From: Mobula hypostoma
Taxonomy: Eukaryota
Length of the DNA stretch: 64,000 nt
Direction of reading: 5' to 3'
Assembly (NCBI RefSeq): GCF_963921235.1
Contig: NC_086097.1
Location: 189,040,001-189,104,000, forward strand
In this document: piece by piece, positions 48,656-62,289 of the stretch
How the letters are laid out: the number at the start of each line of letters is the position of its first letter
Numbering within the stretch: the stretch's first letter is position 1
Translations under genes and position numbers: made by a program
The notes under the pieces: model-generated
The model's database searches: none
The model's input: only the letters and a program-made list of their open reading frames with translations
Told to the model about the DNA's origin: nothing

Positions 48656-49379
48656 TTGCTCTGAATTAGAACAGATTTAGTTTGTTGATTAACTCCTGGC
48701 ACTGGTTTAGAAGAGGAACTGAACCAAGTGTAGCAGAGATAGAAAGGAGGGGAATCTAGCCAGAATAAAAGCAGAAGTGTGCACTGCACAGGGCAGTTGC
48801 TTCAGTACAGATTAGCTAATATTTTGGGTTGAAACTTTATGATAGCACTGAAGAACCAGTGACTTGCTGAGAAGATTTTTTTTTATGTTGTATATATAAA
48901 CGACAGGTTTGTAGAAATCTGACATGGTTACAAATTCCATTCAGTTTTCATCCTAATTATTGTATTTGCATATCAACATTTTAAGTATAACTCTCACACT
49001 TTAAGACATTCAAAGCAGAAAATCCATAGTCAGACCTAACTGGCACATATAACTGAGGTTTGTAGGGCATTGCCTGCTTGATCAGCCTTCCTTGTAGAGA
49101 TTTGAGCACCAAAACCTAAAATAGTGTTGAAGGTGCAATATTACTGCCCTATTTTTCATTTAAGTTTTTAAAGTAAGGTCCATTATATCTCTCTCAGGTG
49201 GATATAGAAGGTCCATCAGCATTTCTGTGAAGATGAAAAGGAAAGCTATCCCTCATCGTTTAGCCAATTCTCTCATTCAAAATGCATTTGTCAGAGTATC
49301 CAGTTAATTCCGGGAGTTTGTTTTCTGCAAAGTAACTGCAACAATAATGCTAAACTTTGCTGGATATCAAAATATTCGG

Positions 49380-50245
49380 GATTCAAAATTCAAGGTTGTT
49401 TTTTTCCTGTACACAAGTGTAAAGGAGAACAAAATTATTGTTACTCCAGATCTGAGGCAGCACAAAAGTAACACAAAAGAAAAAATATAATAGTAGTAAT
49501 AATAATAAAACATGCAATTAATATATAGATAAGATAGCTTACATATATACATAGATTGATTAAATAATTATAAAGTGACACTAGGCTGTACACAAGGTGA
49601 CTGACGGGAAGTAATAAAGTAGGAGTGGAGTTAGTGGGTGGAGGTGTTGATCAGTCTTACTGCTTGGGGAAATAATTGTTTTTTAGTCTGGTGGTCCTGG
49701 TGTGGATGCTGTATAGCCTCCTCCCTGATGAGAGGGGGACAACCATTCCATAAGCAACGTATATGGGATCCTTCATGATGTTACTGGCCCTTTTCCAGCA
49801 CCTCTCTATATACAGTATATGTCCTTGATGGTGGGTAGACTAGTGCTAATGATGCACTGGCAGTTTTGACTACCCATTGTAGAGCATTCCTATCTGCCAC
49901 AGTGCAGTTACAATATCATGATGAAGCTTGTCAGGATGCTCTCTACAGCACATCAGTAGAACGATGTGATTATGGATGTGGAAAGTCCAGATCTCTTCAG
50001 CCTCCTCAGAAAGCAGAGGCATTGGTGAGCCTCCTTGATTGTGTAGGATGTGTTCTGGGACTATGTGTGTGATGTACACTCCCAAGAGTTTGAACTGTTT
50101 GTAGTTTCAACTGCTGTCTCACTGATATAAAGAGGGTTGTGAGTGGTGTGAATTCTGAAGTCAATAACCATCTCCTTTGTCTTGTTGACATTGGGGAAGA
50201 GATTATTTGCTTGACACCAAACTTTAGCACTTCCACCTCCTCTCC
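49380..50245 (-). mobile_element. Rex1/Babar-type 3' fragment
   Basis: Minus strand encodes LNVNKTKEMVIDF-like and LRRLKRSGL-like segments, tail ttgaattttgaat. Confidence 0.8.
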
Positions 50246-50514
50246 GTACAGAATTTCCTTATTACCCCTGGATACTTCAGCTTGCCTGACTTCCCCTTCT
50301 TAACAGCAAACAAACACCATGTCCAATTTTCTTATATGTCTGGAATTTAGCACTGTGTTTCCAATATGCAAATGTTCGAAGTTGCACTCATAGTTTTCTG
50401 GAAATCCTGTCAGTCACTGCAGAAATGATTGCATCTATAATTTTGTTATTTTATTTCAAATCATCAATTCTAGGTGATTTCTCAAAATCTCCTAAACTCT
50501 CTTAAATTCCTCAG

Positions 50515-51115
50515 TGTTATCATTTCAGGGAACCTGTCCTGGACCCACCACATAAGTGCAATTATGAAGAAAGCACGGCAGCACCTCTACTTCCTTAGGA
50601 GTTTGCAAAGATTCAGCATGACATTTAAAACTTTGACAAACTTCTATAGGTAGGTGGTGGAGGGTATATTGATTGGCTGCATCACAGCCTTGTATAGAAA
50701 CACCAATGCCCTCGAATGGAAGATCCTACGAAAGGTATTTGGATACTGCCAGTCCATCATAGGTAAAGCACTCCACTCCATTGACTCTCTTCCATCATCC
50801 TCAACATTGAGCAAATCTACGTGAAGCCTTGTTGCAGAAAAGCAGCATCAATCATCAGAGACCTCCACCACTCAGGTCACACTCTCTTCTCACTGCTACC
50901 ATTATTGTTTTTATTTATTTTTATCTTTTCACAGTTTGTTGTCTTTTGCACACTGGTTGAATACCCAAGTTGGAGCGGCCTTTCATTGATACTATTATGG
51001 TTATTATTCTATTATGGATTTATTAAGGTAGCCTGCATGAAAATAAATCTCAGGTTTGTATATCATGAAATACGTATGTATACTTTGATAATAAATTTGC
51101 ATAGAACTTTGAACT
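50515..51115 (+). mobile_element. Rex1/Babar-type 3' fragment
   Basis: Homologous to 8105-8470, tail aataaatttgcatagaactttgaac. Confidence 0.85.
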
Positions 51116-51859
51116 TCTGAAGTTGCCAAGTTTCTGTTCTCAATCTTTTCTTCTGCTTTATTCCCTTCTTGTCTTCCCTGAGGACTATAATTCACAAGGA
51201 TGACTTCAACATGTGCTTTCAGTACTTTGTAGGGACTAAGCTGGAAACTTCCCCAAAACAGGCACAGGAGTTACAATATCAGTCACATACTAATTACATG
51301 GATGAAGGCCGCACCCATCATTAACTAGAATGTTCATTTGCTTAACACTTCAGCAGGGGTAAAAATCTATACAGTAAGTGATTGGGACCACTTAAATCAA
51401 GGTGCATTTTTCAAAGGGGAAGTGTACTGGGGCAGCAATATTATATTATTCTGACATAAGAAATATGCAAGAGAAAGAATTTTGCAGTTCTGCACTGGGG
51501 TACTGATGGAGGACTGCTATGAAGCAGAAAAATCTTGAATCTGCCATTAGCTAGAAGGTCCCCATGACCCACAATCAGCAATCAACAGGAGGAACTTGTT
51601 GTGTTAGACAATGTGTGTGTGTAAGTGAATGCATCTTCAAATGCTGAATACCACCAACTTTACTAACTTCAGTGACTCTCAGTGCCTGTCGTTCACTTTC
51701 AATTATCTTTATCAGTAAGAACTAACTTCTAACTTTCATTTACTTCATTTCATACAGTACTGCTGAAAGCCTCAATCTCTTACTTCACAATTTACACACA
51801 ACCAGCCCTTAAAACATACACAGTGAGAGCGGGAAGTAAGTGAATCTTACAGGTTGTGA

Positions 51860-52300
51860 CAAGTCAGGTATCACATGGGCCTCTGTACTCAAAATTTATA
51901 TCAATTATTTGGCTGAGTGGTCCGAATGTCATATTTCTACCTACAGAAGGTGGGACTGATTGCCGAGAGGTGAAAGGGTGAGGACATGGCAAATAGGAAA
52001 TAATGTTTGAAATTCTGAGCACTTGGTGTACAAAACAGAAGAGCAGATGAAAGTGTTGATGCTCACGGGAACCCAGGCACCTTTGTACACAAATCACTAA
52101 AAGCTAACATACAACTGCTGCAAGCAGTTGGGAGGGAAAATGGTACCTTTTAATTTGGAGTTACAGAGAATATGCAGGAAAGATTCTCTAAACTAGTCCC
52201 TGGAATGATGAGTTTGTCGATTGTGGAGATATTAAATAGGCAAGTACATAGTCTCTAAAGATTAGAAGATTGAAGGCGATATGTTTGAAAATTAGTATAT
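51860..52300 (+). mobile_element. Very old CR1 RT fragment
   Basis: tcaggtatcacatgggcctctgtactc (GVPQG-like), gaaaagtgttgatgc, ttagaagattgaaggcgat (RRLRGD-like). Confidence 0.55.
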
Positions 52301-52366
52301 TCATCATAATGTTAGAGCAGGAAAGAGAGCATTTGTTTCTGCTCCTCTTGTCTGTACCTGTAAAGT

Positions 52367-53955
52367 TAATAATAATAATGATAAGTACTTGATTGATCCC
52401 CAGTGGGAAATTATTTTGTTACGGCAGCAAGATTTAAAAACACACTTAGCAATAAGTAGTAATAATAATATTAAATAATAACAAAGTACAGAATAATAAT
52501 TTACCAATGTGTAATACTATGCAATAATAATTACAAAATAATAAAGCAGAGACTGTTGTACTATGATGTGTGTTCTTTTGTCACACAGAGATGAACTGTT
52601 GTATATGATTATTGCATTCGGTAGGAAAGATTTTCTGCAACAATCCTTGTGTCAGCATAGCTGAATGAGCCTGTTCAAAAGGGTGCTCCACTGCTTATTC
52701 AGTAGGTCATGGAGAGGATGTGCCTGATTGTCCATAATGGAAAACAGTTTGTCTAGTGACCTCCTGTCCACCACTAACTCAAAAGAGTCTGGGTTGTAGG
52801 CAAGGATAGATTCAGCCTTTCTGATTCATTTATTTAGTCTAACCTGCACCGATGCTGCTCCCCCAACACAAAGCTGCAAAGAAGATTGCACTCACTACAA
52901 CAGACTGGTAAAAGATCTCCAACAACCTGTTGCGCACATTGAAGGATCTGAGCTTCCTTAGAAAATAGAGCCTGCTCATTCCCTTTTTTGTAAACAACCT
53001 CAGTGTTGGTTTTCCTGTCAAGTCTGTTGTTGAGGTGAACATCCAAACATTTGTACTCCTCCACCACCAAACTTCTTGTCCCAGAATGTATACAGGACTC
53101 ATCACAGTCCCCTTCCTCTTCAAATCAATCCTTGGTTTTGGCCATATTCAGGAGCAGGTGATTCTTCCCACACCTCTCCACAAATTTGTCAACCAACTCC
53201 AGCCCATCTCTGATACACCCAACCACTGCATTGTCATCAGGGAACTTCTGCAAGTGACAAGACTCAGATTTGTACTGAAAATCTGCGGTGTACAGTGTGA
53301 ACCGAAACAGAGACAAGACAGTTCCTTGTGACGCTCCACTACCACTCACCGCCATCTCAGAGTGAGAACTACCCAGCCCTACAAACTAGGGTCAATCAGT
53401 CAGGTAGTCAGTAATCCAGGAGATAATGCATTTGTCTATGCCCATCCTTTGCTGCTTCTCACTCAGAAGAAGTGGCTGGATTTTAGTGAAGGCACTAGAA
53501 AAATCAAAAAATGTGATTCTCACAATACCACCAGCATCATCCAGGTGGGAGTGAGCTCGATACAAAAGGTAGGTGATGGTATCATCCACCCCCATATGAG
53601 GTTGGTAGGCAAACTGTAGAGGGTCCAATGTAGATCTCACCTGTGGTCCAAGATAAGTCAAGACCAGCCTTTCCAGCACCTTCATCACTTAAGATGTCTG
53701 TAGTCATTAAGTTCAGATGGAGTCACCTTCTTGGGTACTGGAACCAAGCAAGAAATCTCCCATGGCACGGGTATCTTTTCCTGACTCTGACTCAGATCGT
53801 AAATGTGCTGCAAAATACCAGACAGCTGGCTTGCACAGGCCTTCAGTACCCTGGGGCTGATACCATCCAGTCCAGCAGCCTTGCCTTGATGCAGTCTCTC
53901 CAGTTGTCTGTTAACCTTGTCAGACACAAAGGGGAGAATCACCCGTACTTTCAAA
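52367..53955 (-). mobile_element. Rex1/Babar-type LINE (second family), RT to 3' end
   Basis: ORFs: [53 protein letters not shown]. (ATT)n tail at ~52367-52382. Confidence 0.9.
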
Positions 53956-54619
53956 CCTCTTCTGGACTGCCCAATTGAAAAGCCCCATCACTTCCCCTAT
54001 CAGTGACACAATTAAAATAGCAACTTGGCCTCAATGATATCATTGGAACCTGACCCAGATACAGAGAGGGAATCCCTATCAGTTTACAGCATTCTCCTTG
54101 TTGACTTGTAATGAAGGTTAAAAGTGTAGAATATATGAGCAGCACAAAATATTAGCAAAGTTTACTGTTTTTTTACCTGGTTTACACCGCATTATTATGT
54201 TAGAGTCATTTATCCTGAATTGCAGAACACTTCGGGATGTAGATTGAAGATATAACTCCTTGAAAGTTGTGCTAGGACTGGCATATACTCGATTGTTTTA
54301 AAGGTGAATAGTAATGTTAATAGAAAACAATTCAGCATCCGAGAAGGCCTCCTAGAATAGATTTAGCCCTCAGTGTCTCTGAAACCTTATCGTGATTAAG
54401 ATGAAGACAGAGGTAGTCAACACATATCATTCCTATTTTGTTTCCATGAGTTTAATTTAATTGGTCTTTGAGGTGGTTCAAAACCTAGATATTTATTTTT
54501 TATAAGTATGACTGAAGCAATGTTATTGAATATGGGAAAGTGGGTAGCAGTTTTTCATATCTACATATTTGAAATACATTTTGCTACAGTATGCAGCATC
54601 ACAAAGAAGATTAAGCCCA

Positions 54620-54825
54620 AAAGAATTCTACAGATGCTGGAAATCTTGAGCAAACAAAATGCTGGAGGAATTCAGCAAGTCAGGCAGCATTCGTGGATGG
54701 GAATAAACAGTTGACATTGGGAGTGAGGTGTCCAGATGAAGGGACTTGGCCCAAAACTGTTTATTTCCCTCCATAGATGCTGCCTGACTTTCTGAGTTCC
54801 TTCAGCATTTTGTGTGTGTTGCTCA
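54620..54825. mobile_element. Fold-back PLE end with decayed hammerhead
   Basis: caaaatgctggaggaattcagcaagtcaggcagcat vs atgctgcctgactttctgagttccttcagcattttg (inverted), centre gtccagatgaagggacttggcccaaaac. Confidence 0.75.
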
Positions 54826-54834
54826 CAAAGAAGA

Positions 54835-55010
54835 TTGCTTGGATGTGACATGAGATTACCAGGTAAATCAAGGAAACAATTTAAGGACACACTCAAAGAC
54901 TCTTTGAAAAGTAAGGCCTTCCAACTCATGGGAATGTGTGGCCAGTGGCTGCTCAAGATGGAGAAGGAAATTTCTGGATGGTGTTGCAAAATTGTGTATC
55001 TATTGGCCAC
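54835..55010 (+). mobile_element. RTE-clade LINE C-terminal fragment
   Basis: ORF 54814-55020 GKSRKQFKDTLKDSLK, an RTE-type C-terminal motif. Confidence 0.55.
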
Positions 55011-55764
55011 CATCTGGTAAATGGGATTAGCAGAGATAAGACTTGGGTGGAATGGGCATTGTGGGCCAAAGGAGCTATTTCCCTGCTGTGTTGAGGAAGG
55101 GACAAGGGTACCCCTCACATCAGATGTTGCTGGCATCCTGGATCATTGCCTACTGTCTGATTATATCATTCACAGTACTTGTCACCCTGTCTGATTTAAG
55201 AATATAGGATTCCAATTCAGAGATGCGGTCATATATAATAATAGTGAAGATATCTGTTGGATTACCTGGTGCAAATGTTGAATATGATCCTAAAATCTAA
55301 TATATATTCAGAGGTATGCTGAAAGTCTTACTCATAACATGCACTTACTGTATCCAAAACAATTTATTTCCCAACAAGCTCATTATATTTCCAGCATATT
55401 TCCTGAGCACTGTGACTGAGTATACAGGAGATCTCATTATATGTTCTAATTGGCCCAGTCATGATAAAAAAAAAGCATTTTTCTTTATGCTAGATTATTT
55501 ACAGCCATATGTAACACTTAACATTGCTGCAGGGTATGTTATTGGAAATTTGCCAAATAATTTCACTAAGCTGTTACTGCAATGTACAGTATGAATTTGC
55601 ATGAGTTATAGGTGTAATCTAGCTTCACATGCAATTGATAGTGCAGTGATGATGTATTTTCTAATGCCACCATTAGGAAACCACCTGTAAGTTACCAACT
55701 TGCAACAACAGAACTGTGCATCCAAAGTTATTCCAAAAAGGTTTAGAAATTCATTGAATTATAA

Positions 55765-56085
55765 TAGTCATAGAGAAGTACAGCACAGAAACAAGCCCTT
55801 TGGCCCATCTAGTCCATGCCAAAACCATTTAAACTGCCTACTCCCAATGACCATACCCACCAAATTCCTACTATCCATGTACCTATCCAAACCTCTCAAA
55901 CTCACATTGAGCTTGCATGGACCACTTAGTCTGGCAGCTCATTCCAGACTTTCACGACCCTCTGAGAGAAGAACTTTCCCCTCAAGTTTACCTTAAACTT
56001 CTCACCATTCACCCTTAAGCCAAGACCTCTGGTTGTTGTCCCACCCGACCTCAGTGGAAAAAGCCTGCTTGTATTTACTCTAACT
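55765..56085 (-). mobile_element. CR1 3' fragment
   Basis: ORF 55926-56129 (TTTRGLGLRV...FFSQRVVKVWNELP). Confidence 0.85.
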
Positions 56086-56996
56086 ATCCAGAACAAAAGA
56101 ACAAATAAAGGCATTGCAAATTTCTCCATCCTCCTCCATTGTTCTGGTTCAAAAGAGCAAATGCATCTTAATGAGACAATGCTTCCAAATAATGAAAATG
56201 ATCATTATAATCATTTTCGTTTTTCTCACCAGCCAGCACTTACCATATGGTTAATGCAGTATCTCTACATACACTCATTCATACCCAGGCCAAAGCTGGG
56301 GAAGTGACCATTCTCCCTTGGATGCATACACCATTTATCAACTCATCATTCTTCCTTCCCGGTTTATTGAAGTGATCTTTCTGTCTTAGAAACTTCACCT
56401 GTGCTGGCCTCTGGTCATATGATAGTGAAGCATGCAGATTGCCTTTCTATTGCTTTGGAAATCTTCTTTGTAGGCTTTCTAGAGAGAAGCATTGTCACTG
56501 CAAACACAAACACACAGAGAAGAGGCTGTGGAGGAGGAGGTGGGATCCTTTTTAAACTATCTAGTGAAGAGTTGGATAAAAATATACAAGGCATCATCAG
56601 GTTGAAGCTTCCTAAGCACCAGCTCAGGTACTAGTTCCACGAAGACAATCTGGCCATTCTAGGTATCAGTCTAGTAAAGCTGTATATCATAGATTAAGAA
56701 ACATATCTGGAACTAGGTAAATAGCCAGGCAAAGAGCAAAAAAAAATCTATGGGCTAGATTACTAGAACTGCTGCCCCAGAGAACTCCAATGATAACTGC
56801 AACAGTGCACCATTCAGGTTAGTGATAGTGCAGAGGCACACTAAAATTCTCGGAACATTTTTCAGTGTAAGAGGCTGGTTGGAAACAATGATAAATTAGG
56901 CAAGTTTATACAAAATACTTGTTTAAATCTCTTGCACTCTCCTTAGTTTACATTACTAATTCTTCAAACTCACTATCGAACAAACTCTCACTTTTT

Positions 56997-57272
56997 TGCT
57001 CCCGATGTGGCTTTCTATATATTGGCGAGACCTGACGTGGACTGGGAGATCGTTTTGCCGAACACCTACGCTCTGTCCGCCAGAGAAAGCAGGATTTCCC
57101 AGTGGCCACACATTTTAATTCCACATCCCATTCCCATTCTGACATGTCTATCCACGGCCTCCTCTACTGTAAAGATGAAGCCACACTCAGGTTGGAGGAA
57201 CAACACCTTATATTCCATCTGGGTAGCCTCCAACCTGATGTCATGAATATTGACTTCTCTAACTTCCGCTAA
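56997..57272 (+). pseudogene. GIY-YIG endonuclease remnant of PLE ORF (one in-frame stop, not in ORF track)
   Basis: CSRCGFLYIGET*RGLGDRFAEHLRSVR...PVATHFN...RLEEQHLIFHLGSLQPDVMNIDFSNFR*. Confidence 0.9.
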
Positions 57273-57569
57273 TGCCCCACCTCCCCCTCATACCCCATCT
57301 GTTATTTATTTATATACACACATTCTTTCTCTCTCTCTCCCTTTTCTTCCTCTGTCCCTCTGACTATACCCCTTGCGCATCCTCTGGGTTTCCCCTCCTC
57401 CCCCTTTCCCTTCTCCCTGGACCTCCTGTCCCATGATCCTCTCACATCCCTTTTGCCTATCACCTGTCCAGCTCTTGGCTCCATCCCTCCCCCTCCTGTC
57501 TTCTCCTATCATTTTGGATCTCCCCCTCCCTCTCCCACTTTCAAATCTCTTACTAACTCTTCCTTCAGT

Positions 57570-57607
57570 TAGTCCTGACGAAGGGTCTCGGCCCGAAACG
57601 TCGACTG
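57570..57607 (+). ncRNA. Minimal type I hammerhead ribozyme motif, intact
   Basis: UAGUC-CUGACGA-A-GGGUCUCGGCCC-GAAAC-GUC^GACUG, predicted cleavage after 57602. Confidence 0.85.
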
Positions 57608-59049
57608 TACCTCTTCCTAGAGATGCTGCCTGGCCTGCTGCGTTCACCAGCAACTTTGATGTGTGTTGCTCTCACTTTTTAACTAGTTTTATTTTATTTA
57701 TCTATAGTATCTCTTATCATGTGTTTTTACATTTATAGCCAACTTTATCTTGTACTCTAAATTAGCATAATTAATTTTTCAGTCACACTTTTCTGTTTTT
57801 ATATTTTGTCTGGTTTTCTGACCTTCCACCTTTCTTTGTACAATTATGTCTTTTTTCTTTAAGTTTGTTTTCATCGTTTTTTTTAGTTAACCACAGGAGG
57901 TGGGTCCTCCTCTGGATTTTTTCTTTCTTATTAGAAAGCATTTATTCTGATTCTCATTCACCCCTCCATGTCACCTTTCCCCTCAGCAACTCCCAAGTGA
58001 AAATATTGTGCAAGTGTGAGTAGGGATTGTTCCAGCTGCCCTCACCTTTCATTGCGTGACTTCATCCTGTTCCATCGTCACATTATAATGCTGCAAATGT
58101 TCCTGGGTTAGGATTAGTGCTGAGAAATAGGTAATGAAAAATGTATTCATCTAAATCAGATGTGTTTTGTCTCTATTGCTGATACTATAATTATCACACA
58201 GAGTTACTGAACTGATGATTATGAAGTGAATGCCAAAATCATTTGGTTCATCACAACCAAAGGTGGAAATTAAAAATGAATATTCAACAGCTAATTAAAA
58301 ATAAATAATTAACAGCTAAATTAAATTCAACATGGCCTCTTAATCTAAGCATACCATCTCTTCTATTTGTTGCCACTATTTAAACACTTGCTTAGACTTG
58401 TTTGTTTACCTTCCCAAAAGACAACTTTTTTTTATTTTCCATTTACAAATCGTATGAGCAAGTGAAGAAAGTTACTCAACAGGAATTAAACTGCATCTTT
58501 CTCTTAGAAACAGCCACATGTCATTGTTGGCATTATTTCCTTGCACTGGCCCTCTAAATTGAATGTTGCTTTAAAAACTTCAGTTCCTTTAGTGGTGAGT
58601 CAGCTCTCACAAAGCCTTGTAACATGATATCTTTTGACAACTCATTGGTAAGAACTAACTTACAGACACATTCAACTTTGGAAGACGCCTCAGATTCCTA
58701 AATCAGCGTCTATTTTAGCCTGTTAGAAGAATGTTTTCTTTGCATTTTGTTAAGTTTTTATTGAAAAACTTTTAAAATCAAACAAGATTTACCAGATCAC
58801 GATCCAGGCTTGCCGTGACATGAGACCACAACAAATGTTGGCATTCCTAGATCTTGCTTCCCAATTTTGAAACATTTGCAATACAGAGTTCCATTTACCT
58901 GGAATAACTTGTAAAGGAGTTTTTTTTTGTATTTCTTCATTGTTAAACTTCTAGTTACATCAACCAATTATGGTTTTATCGAAACTTTGCATCTGCACAG
59001 GGGGAGGAAAAAAGCTTGAAATTATTGGACAAAGTAGATAAAAACTGTT

Positions 59050-59245
59050 AAAAATATGCAAATACTGGAAATCTAAAATAAAACAAGAACCTGCTGGAAA
59101 TACTCAACAGATCAGGCTGCACGTGTGCAAAGGAAGCCTTTGGGAGGTGAGAAGAAAGATGTCAGTGGAGGGTGTTTGACTTCAAATGTTATACTGTTTT
59201 ATTTCCCTCAGATGCTGAGTGTATCCTGCATTTTCTGTTTTCATA
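59050..59245. mobile_element. Old fold-back PLE end
   Basis: aaacaagaacctgctggaaatactcaacagatcaggctgca vs cagatgctgagtgtatcctgcattttctgtttt (inverted). Confidence 0.55.
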
Positions 59246-59471
59246 TTATGTATGAAAATTGTTAACTATCCTAATGTGTGTATTAATGCAGCGACATGTG
59301 GAAAGACTGGATGTAATTTCAGTTTCATAACCGCTTCTACAAATTAACAAATTTAATCAACTATAGAAGTTGCTAAATGGAGTCAACATTCCAGTGAAAG
59401 AGAGTAAGGTCTTATCTAAGTCTCTTGTAATGTTATGAATCAAGTATGGTAGGCCCTTTTGGACAATAAAT

Positions 59472-60050
59472 TCAGAATCAGAATCAGATTTAATATCACT
59501 GGCATATGTTGTGAAATTTGCTATTATACAGCAGCAGTACTTTGTAATACATAATAATAAAAACTGTAAATTACAGTAAGAAGTACATATATATTTAAAA
59601 GGTTAAGTTGAGTAAATAATGCAAAAAGAGAAAAATAAAGTAGTGGATTCAATGTCTAATCAGAACTATGATGGCAGAGGGAAAGAAGCTATTCTTGAAT
59701 TATTGGATGTGTGCCTTTAGGCTCCTTGATGGTAGCAATGAGAAGAAGGCATGTCCTGGGTGATGAGGGTCCTTAATGATGGATCGCTTGAAGATGTTCT
59801 GGATGCTGAGGAGACTAATGCCCATGATGGAGCTGACTGACATTACAACTTTCTGCAGCTTATTTCAATCCTGTGCAATGGCCACCATACCCTCTCCCCC
59901 GCACACCCCTATTAGCAGACGGAGATGCAATCAGTTAGAATGCTCTATATGGTACATCTGTAGAAATTTGCAAATGTCTTTGGCGATGTACAAAATCTCC
60001 TCAAACTCCTAATGAAATACAGCCACTGTTGTGCGTTGTTTGTAACTGCA
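59472..60050 (-). mobile_element. Rex1/Babar-type 3' fragment
   Basis: (GATTCT)n tail at ~59472-59490, homologous to 27640-28133. Confidence 0.85.
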
Positions 60051-61251
60051 TTTTGCATAAACCTTGAATTCTGCTGCATCAGCTAATCTTCATAGCATTG
60101 CACTATATTACATTCAACTTCCACGACCTTGGAGGACAGGCATGAAAACAAGCTTAATTAATTGCTAATATTATCTGCAGGAAAAGATGTGAATACTAGA
60201 TAAGGTTTGTGAAGCTCAGTGTGGGTGAATAACCAGATGTCTCATGGTTTTTGGGTTCATTGAGGCAGAATGAACTCATGGCTGAGTATGAGAAGGATCT
60301 GATCTCTGTGAATTATTCCAACTTCAGTTTTTTGTTAAAAAATTATTATGAGCCAGATTTTGAGTTCTGTCCTGAAAATATATTTGAAAGGATATGTATA
60401 ATATTATATTTGCAGCGTTACCTATGTCTAAGATACACTTTGCTATGCTTTGTTTTCTGACGAATTTATCTTCTGTAAAATTTCTAACCGTACCATCATC
60501 AGAATTAGCAAATTACAAGGATTGAAGAGGGCTGAATCACCACAGAAATTCTTCAACCGGCATTTCATTCAGTGGACTAATGCAAGGTAACAATGTGACA
60601 GTGCTACCTGCATCACTTTAGGATATTTTATAAGGTTATATTTGCTTATGAAGGATGCACAAGGTTGTAAAACTTTTGTACCTGTATTTGCAGGCTGACA
60701 GGATGAGGAACTGGGGAGCACTGTCAGACAGGGAAAGCAGGTAAGGCCAGGATGAAAGAGGATCTCTTGAGATTTATGTTTTCTTTTACCACCCAGCAGA
60801 GGGGTACATTGATAACAGCCAGCCGCCATGAGGGATGTCCGGTAGTTGATGGCTATAGCTGAGAACCTCTATAGTTCATGCTCCACATATGTGTAACAGG
60901 AGGCAAGGAGTTTAGTTTGATGTGGAGACAGAGGCCAATGTGGGAGAGAGGTTGTGGAACAGAGAGTGGTGGGGTGGGTACAGAGAAGATCAAGTCCTGG
61001 GTTGAATTTATGAACAATCACAGATACAAGCTGGGTGGGCAGAGTCAAATCTGTTACAAAGAAGGCTGAAGGCTTTCTCAAAGTGCCAGATGGGTTGCAA
61101 GAACACATATCTGTAGTATTTTGTTTATTGTTTACTTGTCTTCTCTTCTGGCTCATTTGTACCCCATGAACTGGTAAAAGCCTCCACAAACTCTATGACT
61201 TCAAGATTGTGCAATTACTTAATCCTCTACAAACTTATTAAACACCCACAA

Positions 61252-61735
61252 CTGAGCACATCTACTTTGGAGCACTGTTGCAGGAAATCACCATCCATCA
61301 TCAAGGATTCCACCATCCAGGCCACGCCCTCTTCGCACTGCTGCCATCAGAAAGAAGGTACAGGTACCTCATGACCCAGACCACCAGATTCAGGAACAGA
61401 TATTATCCCCCCACCATCACGCTCTTCAACCAGAGTGGATAATTTCACTCAACTTCACTTGCTCCATCACTGAATTGTTCCCACAACCTATGGACTCACT
61501 TTCAAGGATTCCTCATCTCATGTTCTTGATATTTATTGCTTATTTATTTATTATTATTTTATTTTCTCTTTTGTATTTGTACATAAGCTGTTTGTCCATT
61601 CTGTTGGGTGCAGTCTTTCACTGATTCTATTGTGTTTCCTGTATTTACTACGAATGCCCACAATAAAATGAATACAGGTGTTGTATATGGTGACAGTTAT
61701 GTACTTTGATAATAAATTTACTTTGAACTTTAAAC
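61252..61735 (+). mobile_element. Rex1/Babar-type 3' fragment
   Basis: Homologous to 8375-8560, tail aataaatttactttgaacttt. Confidence 0.85.
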
Positions 61736-61884
61736 TTTTCAATGTTAGTTTCACTCCCACTCCTCACCTGTCTCTTTGCTTTGTTCCAATGCAATGAAAG
61801 AAACAATGTTTACGGCCAAACTATTTTACCCTGGAAGTAAAACAACAAAGTCTGACATTCACTAATGCAAACTTCCAACAACAC

Positions 61885-61983
61885 TCGTCCTTTTCAAGGT
61901 TCTTGGTCTAAAACTTTCAATGTTTATTCCTGTCCAGAGATGCTGCCTGACTTGTTGAGTTTTTCCAAAATTTGTGTGCGTTG
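61885..61983 (+). mobile_element. Decayed PLE end
   Basis: agatgctgcctgacttgttgagtttttccaaaatttgtgtg preceded by an eroded hammerhead-like core. Confidence 0.55.
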
Positions 61984-62289
61984 ATTATAACAATACTGAT
62001 TGATAACAAGTGAAAGGTATGATTGTTTTCTTTCTGATTTTGAAGCATTGAATCAACTAATACGCAACTACTCTCTTAGCTAAAGTCAGTTAAATCAAAG
62101 CAGAGTAGGTAGCAAGCCTTAGAAGCACTCAGGTTTGTAACTAGTTGCCTGCATCTTTGATGGCAAAACAATATAGAACACTTTTTAAGTGTCAATCTAA
62201 ATATACCAAATGGCAATGTGTTTATATTTAGATAAATTAAACAAATAATCACAATATTCTTAGTCATTTCATTAAACCTAAACTAACTT

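Larger units (their letters stand above)
56995..57669 (+). mobile_element. Penelope-like element, 5'-truncated: GIY-YIG C-terminus, 3' UTR, hammerhead
   Basis: Manual translation of 56997-57272 plus the downstream hammerhead motif. Confidence 0.92.
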
